Source: a virus. From it: a stretch of 42,749 bases of DNA. The notes below the pieces were generated by a model. That model was not told where the DNA came from and made no database searches. It saw only the letters and a list, made by a program, of their open reading frames with translations. Position 1 is the first letter of the stretch. Each line of letters opens with the position of its first letter. The DNA is taken from IMG/VR virus record IMGVR_UViG_3300014208_000028, positions 157,123 through 199,871 of that record; one strand, 5' to 3'. Position numbers and translations under genes: made by a program. Below, piece by piece: positions 8,188-17,392 of the stretch.

Positions 8188-9265
8188 AACTTTCTACTTT
8201 TGCCGCCAAAAGTATTTTGGCACGTAAAGCACTTCTGAACTCATCATCCTCTCTGACTAATCTTTCAAATTCATCCATAGGATAATTCTGTTCATTATAC
8301 TTTACATATGCCCCGGCGCGAGAGACAACACCATAAGTACTGGCAATAGTTTTATACTCATTACCAATATCTATCTGACCTTTCTTTAGTCCATTATAAT
8401 CCTCCTGCATTAAAATGAACATACCCGTTCCGCCCTCATGACAACCAGCTTTACCTTTTAATATTTTATAATTAATTTCTTTAGCATAAGGAGGACTATC
8501 CTTATTTTCTTTTAGAGGAGCGCCAGAACGAAGCTGTATGTCTAATAATTTAGCATACTTTAATGCATTTCCGCCGCCCTGCTCTACAGGTTCTCCAGTT
8601 GGAGAAAAGCCTCCAATTTTGCTACTAAACTGATTTATTATAACTATGCTAGTATTATTAGGCTGTCCGTCATCTCTTATCTGTGACCCCCAGACGCATT
8701 CTCGGACGAACTTAGCCACTATTCTAGCTCTAGTGGCAGGAATAGACTCTCCAAAGGCAGTCTCTTGTTCAGCATATGTATTTAAACCATTAATAGAGTC
8801 TACTATTATAAGCTGACTGGAATTAGATTTAATAATAGTTTTAAGAGATGTAAGATATGCTTCAGCATTTTTAGCAGTTACATTTATAACTCTATCATTA
8901 ATTTCCATACCTACTGCTCTAGCTCTATCTACATCTAAAGCCATTTCTATTCCAGCATAAGTTATAACCGCATTCTCTTTAAATCGTTTCTGAACTTCGC
9001 GGGCTATAGAGAAAGCTAAAGTAGTTTTACTAGAACTTTCTTTACCTATAATCTGAGTAACTCCACCTCTAGGAATTCCGCCGCCAATTACACAATCTAA
9101 TCCTATACTACCCGTACTTATCCTATCTTTAAATGGATTAGGAATCTCTGCTCCTAATTTAATACTACAATTTCCTTCCAATTCTTTATTTAATTTATTT
9201 ACTAAAGCTCTAACATCTAGCTTTTCAGTAACTTCCATTTCCTTATCTTTTTTTGGACGCGCCAA
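8177..9265 (-). CDS. recA: RecA/UvsX recombinase
   Basis: ISTGSIGLD...GGIPRG, P-loop GKESSSKTT, IIVDS, INQ, GGNALKY; TTG start after GGAGG. Confidence 0.93.
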   Translation of the reverse strand: MARPKKDKEMEVTEKLDVRALVNKLNKELEGNCSIKLGAEIPNPFKDRISTGSIGLDCVIGGGIPRGGVTQIIGKESSSKTTLAFSIAREVQKRFKENAVITYAGIEMALDVDRARAVGMEINDRVINVTAKNAEAYLTSLKTIIKSNSSQLIIVDSINGLNTYAEQETAFGESIPATRARIVAKFVRECVWGSQIRDDGQPNNTSIVIINQFSSKIGGFSPTGEPVEQGGGNALKYAKLLDIQLRSGAPLKENKDSPPYAKEINYKILKGKAGCHEGGTGMFILMQEDYNGLKKGQIDIGNEYKTIASTYGVVSRAGAYVKYNEQNYPMDEFERLVREDDEFRSALRAKILLAAKVESYDE

Positions 9266-9268
9266 ATT

Positions 9269-9436
9269 CTATCCCTCCGTAGTAATGTCCTCATACATAT
9301 CACATACAATATCATTTCCTTCCAAATAAAAACCTATTGAATTATTATCTAAAGGAATACAGCCTCCTTTATCTTTACGATAATGTTTACAATATTCACA
9401 CTCGTCCCAAGTACAATAAGCTATAGATCCGGCCAA
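9269..9436 (-). CDS. Small Cys-rich protein (not in ORF track)
   Basis: TTG start, 55 aa MAGSIAYCTWDECEYCKHY...; fills the operon gap. Confidence 0.5.
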   Translation of the reverse strand: MAGSIAYCTWDECEYCKHYRKDKGGCIPLDNNSIGFYLEGNDIVCDMYEDITTEG

Positions 9437-9439
9437 TTA

Positions 9440-9721
9440 TTAAGCCTCTACTATATTTAAATTAAGTATGTATTTCTTTTTCCCTTTAAAATTATTATAT
9501 TCTAAAGTAGCATTTATTAATTGGCTATTTTCCTCTACAGTCCCTAATGATATATCCAACAACTTCCAATCTCCTTCAATTTGAGTACCCTCTCCAGTCT
9601 CATCCGCTATAGAATCAATAATACTTCTTATAGCACCATCTAAACCATCCTTCACAAACTTTTTATTTCTACGTATTTTTTCGGTTATAAAATCGTCTAT
9701 AATCTTATTATCGGCACTCAT
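9440..9721 (-). CDS. Hypothetical protein
   Basis: RBS and 1-nt overlap with upstream gene. Confidence 0.65.
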   Translation of the reverse strand: MSADNKIIDDFITEKIRRNKKFVKDGLDGAIRSIIDSIADETGEGTQIEGDWKLLDISLGTVEENSQLINATLEYNNFKGKKKYILNLNIVEA

Positions 9722-10008
9722 TACTTACTCTCCTTATCTATATCGATTACAATTCCTATCCTAATATTGTCCTCATGATTATCACTAGCATCCATAAACT
9801 CCATAAAGATACTACTATCTTGGCCCGCCATATCAGTATCTACGGCAATTAATTTCCATTTAGTAGCGTCAAAAGGATAAGCACCTTTTCCAGACCTTAT
9901 TGTGGTGAGACGTTTAACAACATCTTTTGCTATATCAAGTAAATAAACATTTTCTTCTTGTTCCATTTCTATCTGATCAATAACTTCATCTAACAAATTA
10001 GTCTTCAT
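9721..10008 (-). CDS. Hypothetical protein
   Basis: AAGGAG RBS; WKL block resembling 9440..9721. Confidence 0.65.
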   Translation of the reverse strand: MKTNLLDEVIDQIEMEQEENVYLLDIAKDVVKRLTTIRSGKGAYPFDATKWKLIAVDTDMAGQDSSIFMEFMDASDNHEDNIRIGIVIDIDKESK

Positions 10009-10023
10009 ACTTTATTCTCCTTT

Positions 10024-10299
10024 CTACCTATTCTTGTATACACGTAACTCAATTGTATAGTTTTCAGTATTTCCTGTCTCATTCCCTTCACCCCCTACAA
10101 ATATAGAGGTTACAACAGTTCCCCCATCCATAAGGAGACATTCTGAAAGATCATACCTAGTTTTATCTGGAACCTGACATGGGCGAGACTTCGTAATTAC
10201 TTTAGCAAGCCTATCCCAAATATCCTCAAATATATAATATAGTACGATTTTATCGTATCCTTCTTCTATTAAATCCTTACGTAAATTATCGATATTCAT
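10024..10299 (-). CDS. Hypothetical protein
   Basis: ATGA overlap with MTase gene. Confidence 0.65.
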   Translation of the reverse strand: MNIDNLRKDLIEEGYDKIVLYYIFEDIWDRLAKVITKSRPCQVPDKTRYDLSECLLMDGGTVVTSIFVGGEGNETGNTENYTIELRVYKNR

Positions 10300-10877
10300 A
10301 TAGTTTCTCCATACTGATCTGCAAGAGCTTTTGCTATACCTGTATACGTATAACTTCTTATTTTTCCTCTATCTTTAGAAGGCGGTAAATTATGTATCCG
10401 CTGCCTGACTTTAATAGGTAACTTCATCATCTCATCATAAACATTATCAGTAGATTTAAGTTTAGGTAAATTTTTGAGCCATAAACAAGTAGCCTTAGTC
10501 TCCATATGTCCAAACATCCAAGGCTGTATAATTTGTTGAGGCTTACATATTCTAGTACTTATAATTCCTACTGGATTTTCTATACATATTCTATTTATAG
10601 AAGCATTCATTAAAGTTCTAACAAACTCCAATGCTTGTTTTTGTTCTTCTACTTTATATTTAAACCAACGCGCCCCACTTACTGCTAAATGAGTACAAGG
10701 GGGAAAGGCTATCATTAAATCCCAGCCATCATTTAAGTGATTTAATACATCATCTTTTATATGATATTTAGAGCCGTCTTCACAATCTACAATATCACAA
10801 CTCCAAGCATCGTGGCCTAAGTCTTTAAAAGCCTTACGAACTACTCCTGACATTTCACACGCCACTAACACCCTCAT
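10296..10877 (-). CDS. Compact phage DNA cytosine methyltransferase
   Basis: VLVACE.SG, WSCD, catalytic FPPCT, ENPV, QPWMFG, TKATCLW. Confidence 0.82.
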   Translation of the reverse strand: MRVLVACEMSGVVRKAFKDLGHDAWSCDIVDCEDGSKYHIKDDVLNHLNDGWDLMIAFPPCTHLAVSGARWFKYKVEEQKQALEFVRTLMNASINRICIENPVGIISTRICKPQQIIQPWMFGHMETKATCLWLKNLPKLKSTDNVYDEMMKLPIKVRQRIHNLPPSKDRGKIRSYTYTGIAKALADQYGETI

Positions 10878-11122
10878 TTAATCTCTCTTAATAGGGGGCA
10901 ATAGCTTGGAATGCAGGGGCCTGAAGAAATGCCTCCATAATATCTACATAAATGTTCTATATCTATATAATGAGCTATTATATTATCTTCTAAATAATCT
11001 CCCTCCTCTATTCCACTATTTTCTAAGTCTCTACTCGCATAAAAACTGATAGTTGAATGTTTACACTTACCCTCATTCTCTATAAACTCTTTTAATAATT
11101 CTATTAATTCTTCTTTTTGCAT
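10874..11122 (-). CDS. Hypothetical Cys-containing protein
   Basis: ORF overlapping both neighbours. Confidence 0.55.
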   Translation of the reverse strand: MQKEELIELLKEFIENEGKCKHSTISFYASRDLENSGIEEGDYLEDNIIAHYIDIEHLCRYYGGISSGPCIPSYCPLLREIK

Positions 11123-11472
11123 ACTTTACTCTTTTTGGATTTAGAAGGAGTATTGGCCTCTCTTGCTACTTCATCGGCCTCTTTTTTAGTCGAGTATATC
11201 TCATCTTCAGGAACACTATAAGTACAAGAGCAATGATAGAATACTCTATTAAATTTTTCTATTACTATTGATGTTATCATCTCATCAACACCCTCAAATT
11301 TTCCATCTGAGTATATATCCCCATGTCCGAAGCACCTTAGACAACCATATTTTTTTCCATCCAATCCTAAAAGTTTTCCAGATCCATTACAAGCAGGACA
11401 AGTAATATAATCTTTTTTAATTCGTACTAAATATACTTTCTGACCTATATCAAATTTAGTTTTTATATCCAC
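11104..11472 (-). CDS. DnaJ-type zinc finger protein
   Basis: CPACNGSG and CLRCFGHG. Confidence 0.7.
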   Translation of the reverse strand: MDIKTKFDIGQKVYLVRIKKDYITCPACNGSGKLLGLDGKKYGCLRCFGHGDIYSDGKFEGVDEMITSIVIEKFNRVFYHCSCTYSVPEDEIYSTKKEADEVAREANTPSKSKKSKVCKKKN

Positions 11473-12106
11473 ATCTTACCTCGCAAGTACTACAGTCGTG
11501 AGTACGACAGCATGTTTTTTGAGGGGCCAAATTTAGACAAGCTTCTTTAGCCTCTACTGCTCTATAATTATCATTTATTTTTCTACCGTGATAAGGAGTT
11601 AGAATATCCACATAACGATGATATTTTTTAACCTCATGCTCATTACGTACCATCATACGTAATTTAACATTAGAAGTTTTATACTGTCTTATCCATTTAG
11701 GGACGCCACTATTAAAATCTAAACTATAATTAATAGTTAAGTTTTTATACTTATTATATTTTTTTACAAATTCTGGCTGTTTAGTAATAGCTTTCAATCT
11801 TAATCCTGCTAATGCAGAATCGTCTAATATATTTTTAATGTCATCGTCCATCCAAGGTTCATAATCTCCAAAGCTAAACATTCTTAGCCCGCCCATTTTA
11901 TTTAATTTAACTAATGTAGAATCTTTTAATCTTAATATTTCGTGATTATAATGAGTCTCATAAAAACCTTTCGCTCTATATTTTTTTCTACGACTTTCTT
12001 GAACATAGCAATAACTACAGGGATTACCTGCTTTTAATCGCGGGCAAATAGTTGATAGATCTAAACTCCTATATGTTTTACTATTATCTTGTATGCAATT
12101 TATCAA
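11456..12106 (-). CDS. Gp88-like / radical-SAM-like Fe-S protein
   Basis: ICPRLKAGNPCSYCY, LRMFSFGD, ITK, YSLD; C-terminal CCRTHDCSTCEVRC. Confidence 0.55.
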   Translation of the reverse strand: MINCIQDNSKTYRSLDLSTICPRLKAGNPCSYCYVQESRRKKYRAKGFYETHYNHEILRLKDSTLVKLNKMGGLRMFSFGDYEPWMDDDIKNILDDSALAGLRLKAITKQPEFVKKYNKYKNLTINYSLDFNSGVPKWIRQYKTSNVKLRMMVRNEHEVKKYHRYVDILTPYHGRKINDNYRAVEAKEACLNLAPQKTCCRTHDCSTCEVRCGYKN

Positions 12107-12130
12107 TTCATTAATACTCCTTATTTATTT

Positions 12131-12171
12131 TTTAATGTCTATTGACATTAAATATCTATTTGTTCTATACT
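12131..12171 (+). promoter_or_regulatory. Sigma70-type promoter for leaderless tnpB, with inverted repeat over the -35
   Basis: TTGACA 12142-12147, 18 nt, TATACT 12166-12171, ATG at 12178; 9-bp IR 12131-12139/12144-12152. Confidence 0.7.
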
Positions 12172-12177
12172 TGAATT

Positions 12178-13266
12178 ATGAAATTAGTAGTAAATATTAA
12201 GTTACTTCCAACTTCTGAACAACACACTATATTAAAAACTACCTTAGAAGTAGCAAACGACGCCTGTAATTATTTATCTAGTGAGGCCTTCAAAAGTAAA
12301 ATTTTTGGGCAATATAGTTTACATAAATTATATTATTTAAAAATCAAAGAAAGATTTAATCTTTCTGCACAAATGGCAGTCCGTTCTATAGCTAAGGTGG
12401 CTGATACTTATAAAAAAGACCATAAAACTATTAGAAAATTTCGTACTTACTCCGGCCAACCTTATGACGATAGAATTTTAAGATTTACTGAAAATCAAGT
12501 TTCTATCTGGACCGTAAACGGTAGAATTAAAATTCCCTATCAAATGGGAGAATACCAACGAAAACTATTTCCTTTTCGTAAAGGAGAGTCTGATTTATTA
12601 TACATCAACAATATTTTTTATCTAACTTGTGTTTGTGATATTGATGACCCTGAATTAATTAAAACTTCTAAAGTATTAGGAGTAGATTTTGGAATAGTTA
12701 ATATTGCCGTAGATTCTAATGGAAAAGAATATAGTGGTAAAGCTATTAATAGAAATAGATGTAAATATTCTCATCGTCGTAAAAATCTTCAGAAAAAACA
12801 TACTAGGTCAGCTACTCATAAACTTAAGAAATTATCTGGTAAACAAGCAAGATACCAAAAAGATGTAAATCATTGCATTTCTAAAGCTATCGTGTCAGAT
12901 GCTAAACGCACTTCTTCTATAATTGCCTTAGAGAATCTCAAAGGAATTACCAAGAAGGTTACGGCTAATAAGCAACAGCGGTCACGATTGTCTAATTGGG
13001 GATTTTATCAATTAAGAACTTTCATAGAATACAAAGCTAAACAGGCAGGTATTCCCGTAATATTAGTAAATCCTCGATATACCTCTCAAGAATGCCCTAT
13101 GTGTAGACACATCTCTAAATCTAATAGAAAAACTAGAGATAGTTTTATTTGTGTTAAGTGCGGTTTCGCTGGCCCTGCTGACACAATCGCAGCACTAAAT
13201 ATTAGTGCTAGGGCTGTCGTCAATCAGCCGATGGTAGCGAACACTTGTTTAGCTACAAACTTATAA
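12178..13266 (+). CDS. tnpB: RNA-guided endonuclease TnpB (IS200/IS605 family), no tnpA nearby
   Basis: RuvC D (GVDFG), E (IALENL), D (ADTIAALNI); CPMC/CVKC zinc finger. Confidence 0.95.
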   Translation: MKLVVNIKLLPTSEQHTILKTTLEVANDACNYLSSEAFKSKIFGQYSLHKLYYLKIKERFNLSAQMAVRSIAKVADTYKKDHKTIRKFRTYSGQPYDDRILRFTENQVSIWTVNGRIKIPYQMGEYQRKLFPFRKGESDLLYINNIFYLTCVCDIDDPELIKTSKVLGVDFGIVNIAVDSNGKEYSGKAINRNRCKYSHRRKNLQKKHTRSATHKLKKLSGKQARYQKDVNHCISKAIVSDAKRTSSIIALENLKGITKKVTANKQQRSRLSNWGFYQLRTFIEYKAKQAGIPVILVNPRYTSQECPMCRHISKSNRKTRDSFICVKCGFAGPADTIAALNISARAVVNQPMVANTCLATNL

Positions 13267-13311
13267 CTTTAGTTAGTTATAGATAATTGATTGTATCGAT
13301 GGTCTATCTAT
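13200..13311 (+). ncRNA. Putative omegaRNA / right end of tnpB element (5' boundary approximate)
   Basis: GTAGC...GCTAC stem, terminal hairpin TATAACT/AGTTATA 13262-13281, then GATAATTGAT; presumed guide from about 13292. Confidence 0.55.
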
Positions 13312-13562
13312 ACGCTAGTTCTAATTGAACTAGGTATATTATATCCCTCCAAACTAAGTATATAATTATCCATAATTTCTTTTGTCACTATTTCATATTT
13401 AATTGGATATTTTGCTAACTCATTATCGCATTTCATTTTCATTATCCCATTATAATTACTCTCTTCTGCATCACTTAAAGTAATTTTAATTTTAGGGTCA
13501 TTTGTAGAAATCAGTGTAATTTGACCATTATCACACTGAATATGAATACAACTATCAGACAT
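13308..13562 (-). CDS. Hypothetical protein
   Basis: GGAGG RBS. Confidence 0.65.
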   Translation of the reverse strand: MSDSCIHIQCDNGQITLISTNDPKIKITLSDAEESNYNGIMKMKCDNELAKYPIKYEIVTKEIMDNYILSLEGYNIPSSIRTSV

Positions 13563-14002
13563 TAATCCTCCAAAAATTTATTTATGATAAATATAGTCCT
13601 CTATACCCATCCGAATTTATACGCTTATTCAGTTTCTATATAATGATGGACTTTTTGAATATATGCATACTTATTTTCACATTTACAAATCATTTATACC
13701 TCATCATTAGTTATATATCTAAATGCATAACATTCGCCTATAAGATTTGGGCGTAAACTCCATATACATGTGAAATTCATACATCCCGCGCAGCCAAAAC
13801 AAATAGCTTCGTCATAAGGAATTGTAATCATTTTTAAATTACCCATTTTTTAAAAGCCGTATCTATTAATCTATCTTTATCTATACATTTAAATACATCC
13901 ACTATTTTTCCTTCAGGATGCCCTAATATCAATCCCTCATAACAAACATAATTAGGATATAAAATTTTAAACCACATAGTTATTAATTTATGAGCCATTT
14001 TT

Positions 14003-14206
14003 TTAATTATCTAAATGAGTATCATACTTAAATAATATACACTCATTTCCTCTTAAAGGCTTTAAATTTAATTCCTCAGCCATACAAGGATTGTCTTTAT
14101 TTTTTAATTTAAATGGATCACACCATACGCATTTAAAACAATTAAATTCTTCATTTAAAACTTCATTTATTAATCTTTTTAAATCTTCCATTAATCTTTT
14201 GACCAC
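14003..14206 (-). CDS. Small Cys-rich hypothetical protein
   Basis: CFKCVWC...C...C. Confidence 0.55.
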   Translation of the reverse strand: MVKRLMEDLKRLINEVLNEEFNCFKCVWCDPFKLKNKDNPCMAEELNLKPLRGNECILFKYDTHLDN

Positions 14207-14511
14207 CTTACCATATCTTCTTCATATAAAGCTGGCTTATGTATAGTTTTATCATCATCTATAACACAAGTACGAATAAAAAATCCTATCTCTTCCCACT
14301 CATATCCTAAAGGATCTATAAAATTTGGGTGCTTTACAATAGTTGTATAGTTAAAAGGAGAAGTAGTCTCTTTAATATGTTCTCCTGATACTGTTTTAAA
14401 AATATGTATAACTAATTCTTTCCAAATAGAATGAGCTCCTGATAAAGAATAAGATTCATAGTTAGGAGGATAGTCACATATCCAATATTTAGATTTTCCT
14501 TTATATAACAC
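14191..14511 (-). CDS. Hypothetical protein
   Basis: GTG-start ORF directly after polA. Confidence 0.55.
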   Translation of the reverse strand: MLYKGKSKYWICDYPPNYESYSLSGAHSIWKELVIHIFKTVSGEHIKETTSPFNYTTIVKHPNFIDPLGYEWEEIGFFIRTCVIDDDKTIHKPALYEEDMVRWSKD

Positions 14512-14513
14512 CG

Positions 14514-16562
14514 TTATTTAGTCCACCTATCAGATGCATGTATTTCGGTTTCTAAAGGTAATATAAGTTCTATACCTAAATCATCCCAAGGATGAGTCAT
14601 ATAATGTTCTATAATAGGCATAGCCATTTCTACATTTTCATTGGGACATTCAACTACTATTTCATCATGTATCTGAAGTAATAATTTACATCCTAATTCT
14701 TTTAACCGCTCATCTGCATCTATTTTTATCATAGTTCCGCGCAATAAGTCTGCTACTCCACCTTGAGGGCCTACATTTACTATTTCACGTTCCGCCGCAG
14801 CTACTGACCATTTTTCTAATCCCATTAATTCAGGCATTCTACGATAACGCCCAAGTAATGTCCTTAAATAAGGCATCGGCTGTTTTTGGCGGGCCAGAAT
14901 TGGAGTATATTTTATATAATTTGCTAATTCAGGATATTGAGCAAAATAAGTAGCTAACAGTGCTTTACATATTTCTACTCTTTCTTTAGGACTTACTTTA
15001 CCATAAGGAGTATTCTCCCACCCAATATCGCTTTCTATTTTCAATGATAGCGTTTTCGGCCCCATACAATAGTTAGTACCTAATACTATTACCTTAGCTA
15101 ATTTTCTTTGAGCACTAGATACGTCATCTATAGACATACTAAACATAGAAGAATAAACTGCTTTATAAATATCCTTAGTCTTTAAATCTTCTACTAATCT
15201 AGTACAGCCCGCCAAATGCGCTATTAATCTTATTTCAGCTTGAGATAAGTCAGATATTATAAACTGTTTTCCAGGTTCGGGCCTGAAACAATTTCTAATC
15301 TTAAACTCATCACCATCAGGTCTAGGCATATTCTGAGTATTAGGATTAGATCCACTTAATCTACCAGATACTGTATTGGCCTGATTTAAACTAGGATGTA
15401 ATTTACCATCTTCAGACCATTTGATAGAATAAGCAATTCCAGCAGCATAAGTACTTTTAGTTTTAGCTATAGAACGATATCTTAATATTTTTCCTATCAT
15501 CTCAGGATTTTTAGCATATAATTTTTCTAATACTTTAGCATCTGTGGTAGGCTTCTTATTACCGCTTTTCCCACCTTTAGTCATGCCTAATACAGGTAGC
15601 TTTAATTTCTCATAAAATAATTTAGCTAATTGATCTGGGCTATTTAAATTAATAACTTCTCCTGTTAAAGTATTAAAATAAGTTTCTATAGTCCTCATTT
15701 CAGCTAAACAATTCTTTTCTATTACCCTTAAATATTCCTCATCAACCCATATTCCGTTTCGCTCCATTTTATATAGAACATCTGTAAACTGTCTTTCTAT
15801 CTCCCAATAATAATCCCATAAAGTTTTATTCTCATACTTATATTGAAATTCCTCTTTAACCGTAGGTATCCAAGGAATAGCTTCTAATTTTTCTTTAAGT
15901 ATAAAAAATAACTTGGCGGTCAAATAAGCGTCTAAAGTAGCATACTCAACCATTTTAGGAGTTTTAATTAAACTAGTATCAGGTTTTTGGGGTCTATTAA
16001 ACTTCTTATTTATAACTTCTTCTATATCTTCAGCATATATATCCGGACTTCCATCCTCATTAAATAACTCATCTTCGTCTATATCTGCGTCTAATACTTC
16101 ACGCTCTTTTTTATTAAATACTTTATTATAACTAGTCTTACCCATATCTAATAATTCTTTAGCACACGCATCTAATCTATGAAATTTTCGTTCGTCAAAT
16201 AACCAATGCCCGATCATAGTATCTACATAAGGATGTGTTAATAATATGCCTTCATTTTCTAAACAATGTCTATCATATTTTAAATTGTGAAATATTTTTA
16301 TAATATTTGAGTTATTAAATAAACTTTTATCAAACTCTTTTAAATACTCTGCTTCTATATAATATCTGTCAATACCGTCACTCAAACTCCAACAATTAAT
16401 AGAATCTAAATTACAAGGACTTATCTTATTCTTAACACTTAAGCCATTTGTTTCCGTATCTACAGCATAAGGAATATTACTATTTTGTAGTATATCACTT
16501 AACTCTCTTGCTTTACGTAATGTATCGATTACTATGGGTTCCGGTAGATCATTAAACTTCAT
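14514..16562 (-). CDS. polA: DNA polymerase family A (3'-5' exonuclease plus polymerase)
   Basis: ExoI DTET, ExoII HNLKYD, ExoIII YATLD; motif A DLSQAEIR, B RKLAKVIVLGTNY, C QIHDE. Confidence 0.97.
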   Translation of the reverse strand: MKFNDLPEPIVIDTLRKARELSDILQNSNIPYAVDTETNGLSVKNKISPCNLDSINCWSLSDGIDRYYIEAEYLKEFDKSLFNNSNIIKIFHNLKYDRHCLENEGILLTHPYVDTMIGHWLFDERKFHRLDACAKELLDMGKTSYNKVFNKKEREVLDADIDEDELFNEDGSPDIYAEDIEEVINKKFNRPQKPDTSLIKTPKMVEYATLDAYLTAKLFFILKEKLEAIPWIPTVKEEFQYKYENKTLWDYYWEIERQFTDVLYKMERNGIWVDEEYLRVIEKNCLAEMRTIETYFNTLTGEVINLNSPDQLAKLFYEKLKLPVLGMTKGGKSGNKKPTTDAKVLEKLYAKNPEMIGKILRYRSIAKTKSTYAAGIAYSIKWSEDGKLHPSLNQANTVSGRLSGSNPNTQNMPRPDGDEFKIRNCFRPEPGKQFIISDLSQAEIRLIAHLAGCTRLVEDLKTKDIYKAVYSSMFSMSIDDVSSAQRKLAKVIVLGTNYCMGPKTLSLKIESDIGWENTPYGKVSPKERVEICKALLATYFAQYPELANYIKYTPILARQKQPMPYLRTLLGRYRRMPELMGLEKWSVAAAEREIVNVGPQGGVADLLRGTMIKIDADERLKELGCKLLLQIHDEIVVECPNENVEMAMPIIEHYMTHPWDDLGIELILPLETEIHASDRWTK

Positions 16563-17334
16563 CTAGCTTTTCCTTATAATTATAACTCCATTTAAATCCT
16601 CCAGCTTGCCTTCTACCTTCCTCACTACTACATACAAAGCTTATATTAGGGAAAGGAATTCCGGTAAGCCTACCTGCATCATGTATACTTAGATAAGTAG
16701 TAATATAATCTCCTTGTAATGAATATTGATATACTTTTTTACTAGTAGGTTGGCTAACCATACTTTTTTTTCTAGATTCTAAAGTCATAGGTCTTCCCTT
16801 ACCTGCCTCGCTAATTCTTTTTCTAGTTTCTAAAGACCTTTTCTGCCCTATACGCTTCAATCTTCCTTTTTCAATAGAAGCTTGAGACAGTTTTTTACCC
16901 ATATGAGCAATACTTAAATTTTTTCTAGCTTCCTCACTTGCCTTAGTTCCAGTTCTAGATAGTCTTAATTTTTCTTTATGCTCGTCAGTCAATTTTTTAC
17001 CTTTACAAGATCTAGCCGTAGGATTTATATTAAATGAAATTTTATTTTTTTTAAAAAAATCTATAAATTTTTGTTCTTCAGCTAAAGCTGTCTCTAAATC
17101 ATACGTCTCTATCATAGGCTTAAAAACTAAGCATTTTTCTCCATATTTATTATAAAAATTCTGTAAAATATAGTTTCCATGATCTTTTCTTTTTAATTCT
17201 TGACTATGCTCTACATCACGTTTTCCCAACTTTCTTAAAGTATGGCCTACATAAGTTCTAGCATCTATAGTGCTCATAATAAAATAAACACCGCTCTTAT
17301 CTTTCCAATACTCCTTATTTATAAACTCGATCAC
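16552..17334 (-). CDS. GIY-YIG homing endonuclease with NUMOD3/NUMOD1 domains
   Basis: SGVYFI...YVG, R..EH, repeated GKKLS.E..K.S; VYQYSLQG...AGGFKW. Confidence 0.92.
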   Translation of the reverse strand: MIEFINKEYWKDKSGVYFIMSTIDARTYVGHTLRKLGKRDVEHSQELKRKDHGNYILQNFYNKYGEKCLVFKPMIETYDLETALAEEQKFIDFFKKNKISFNINPTARSCKGKKLTDEHKEKLRLSRTGTKASEEARKNLSIAHMGKKLSQASIEKGRLKRIGQKRSLETRKRISEAGKGRPMTLESRKKSMVSQPTSKKVYQYSLQGDYITTYLSIHDAGRLTGIPFPNISFVCSSEEGRRQAGGFKWSYNYKEKLDEV

Positions 17335-17392
17335 ACCTTACTCCATAAAAATATAAGGGTATCTAGTACCTCAATTATTTTTAAATACTTAA

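Noticed and set aside
13292-13311. Self-target of TnpB1 guide at 16521 (tgtatcgat)
   Set aside because: Only a 9-nt match, expected by chance.
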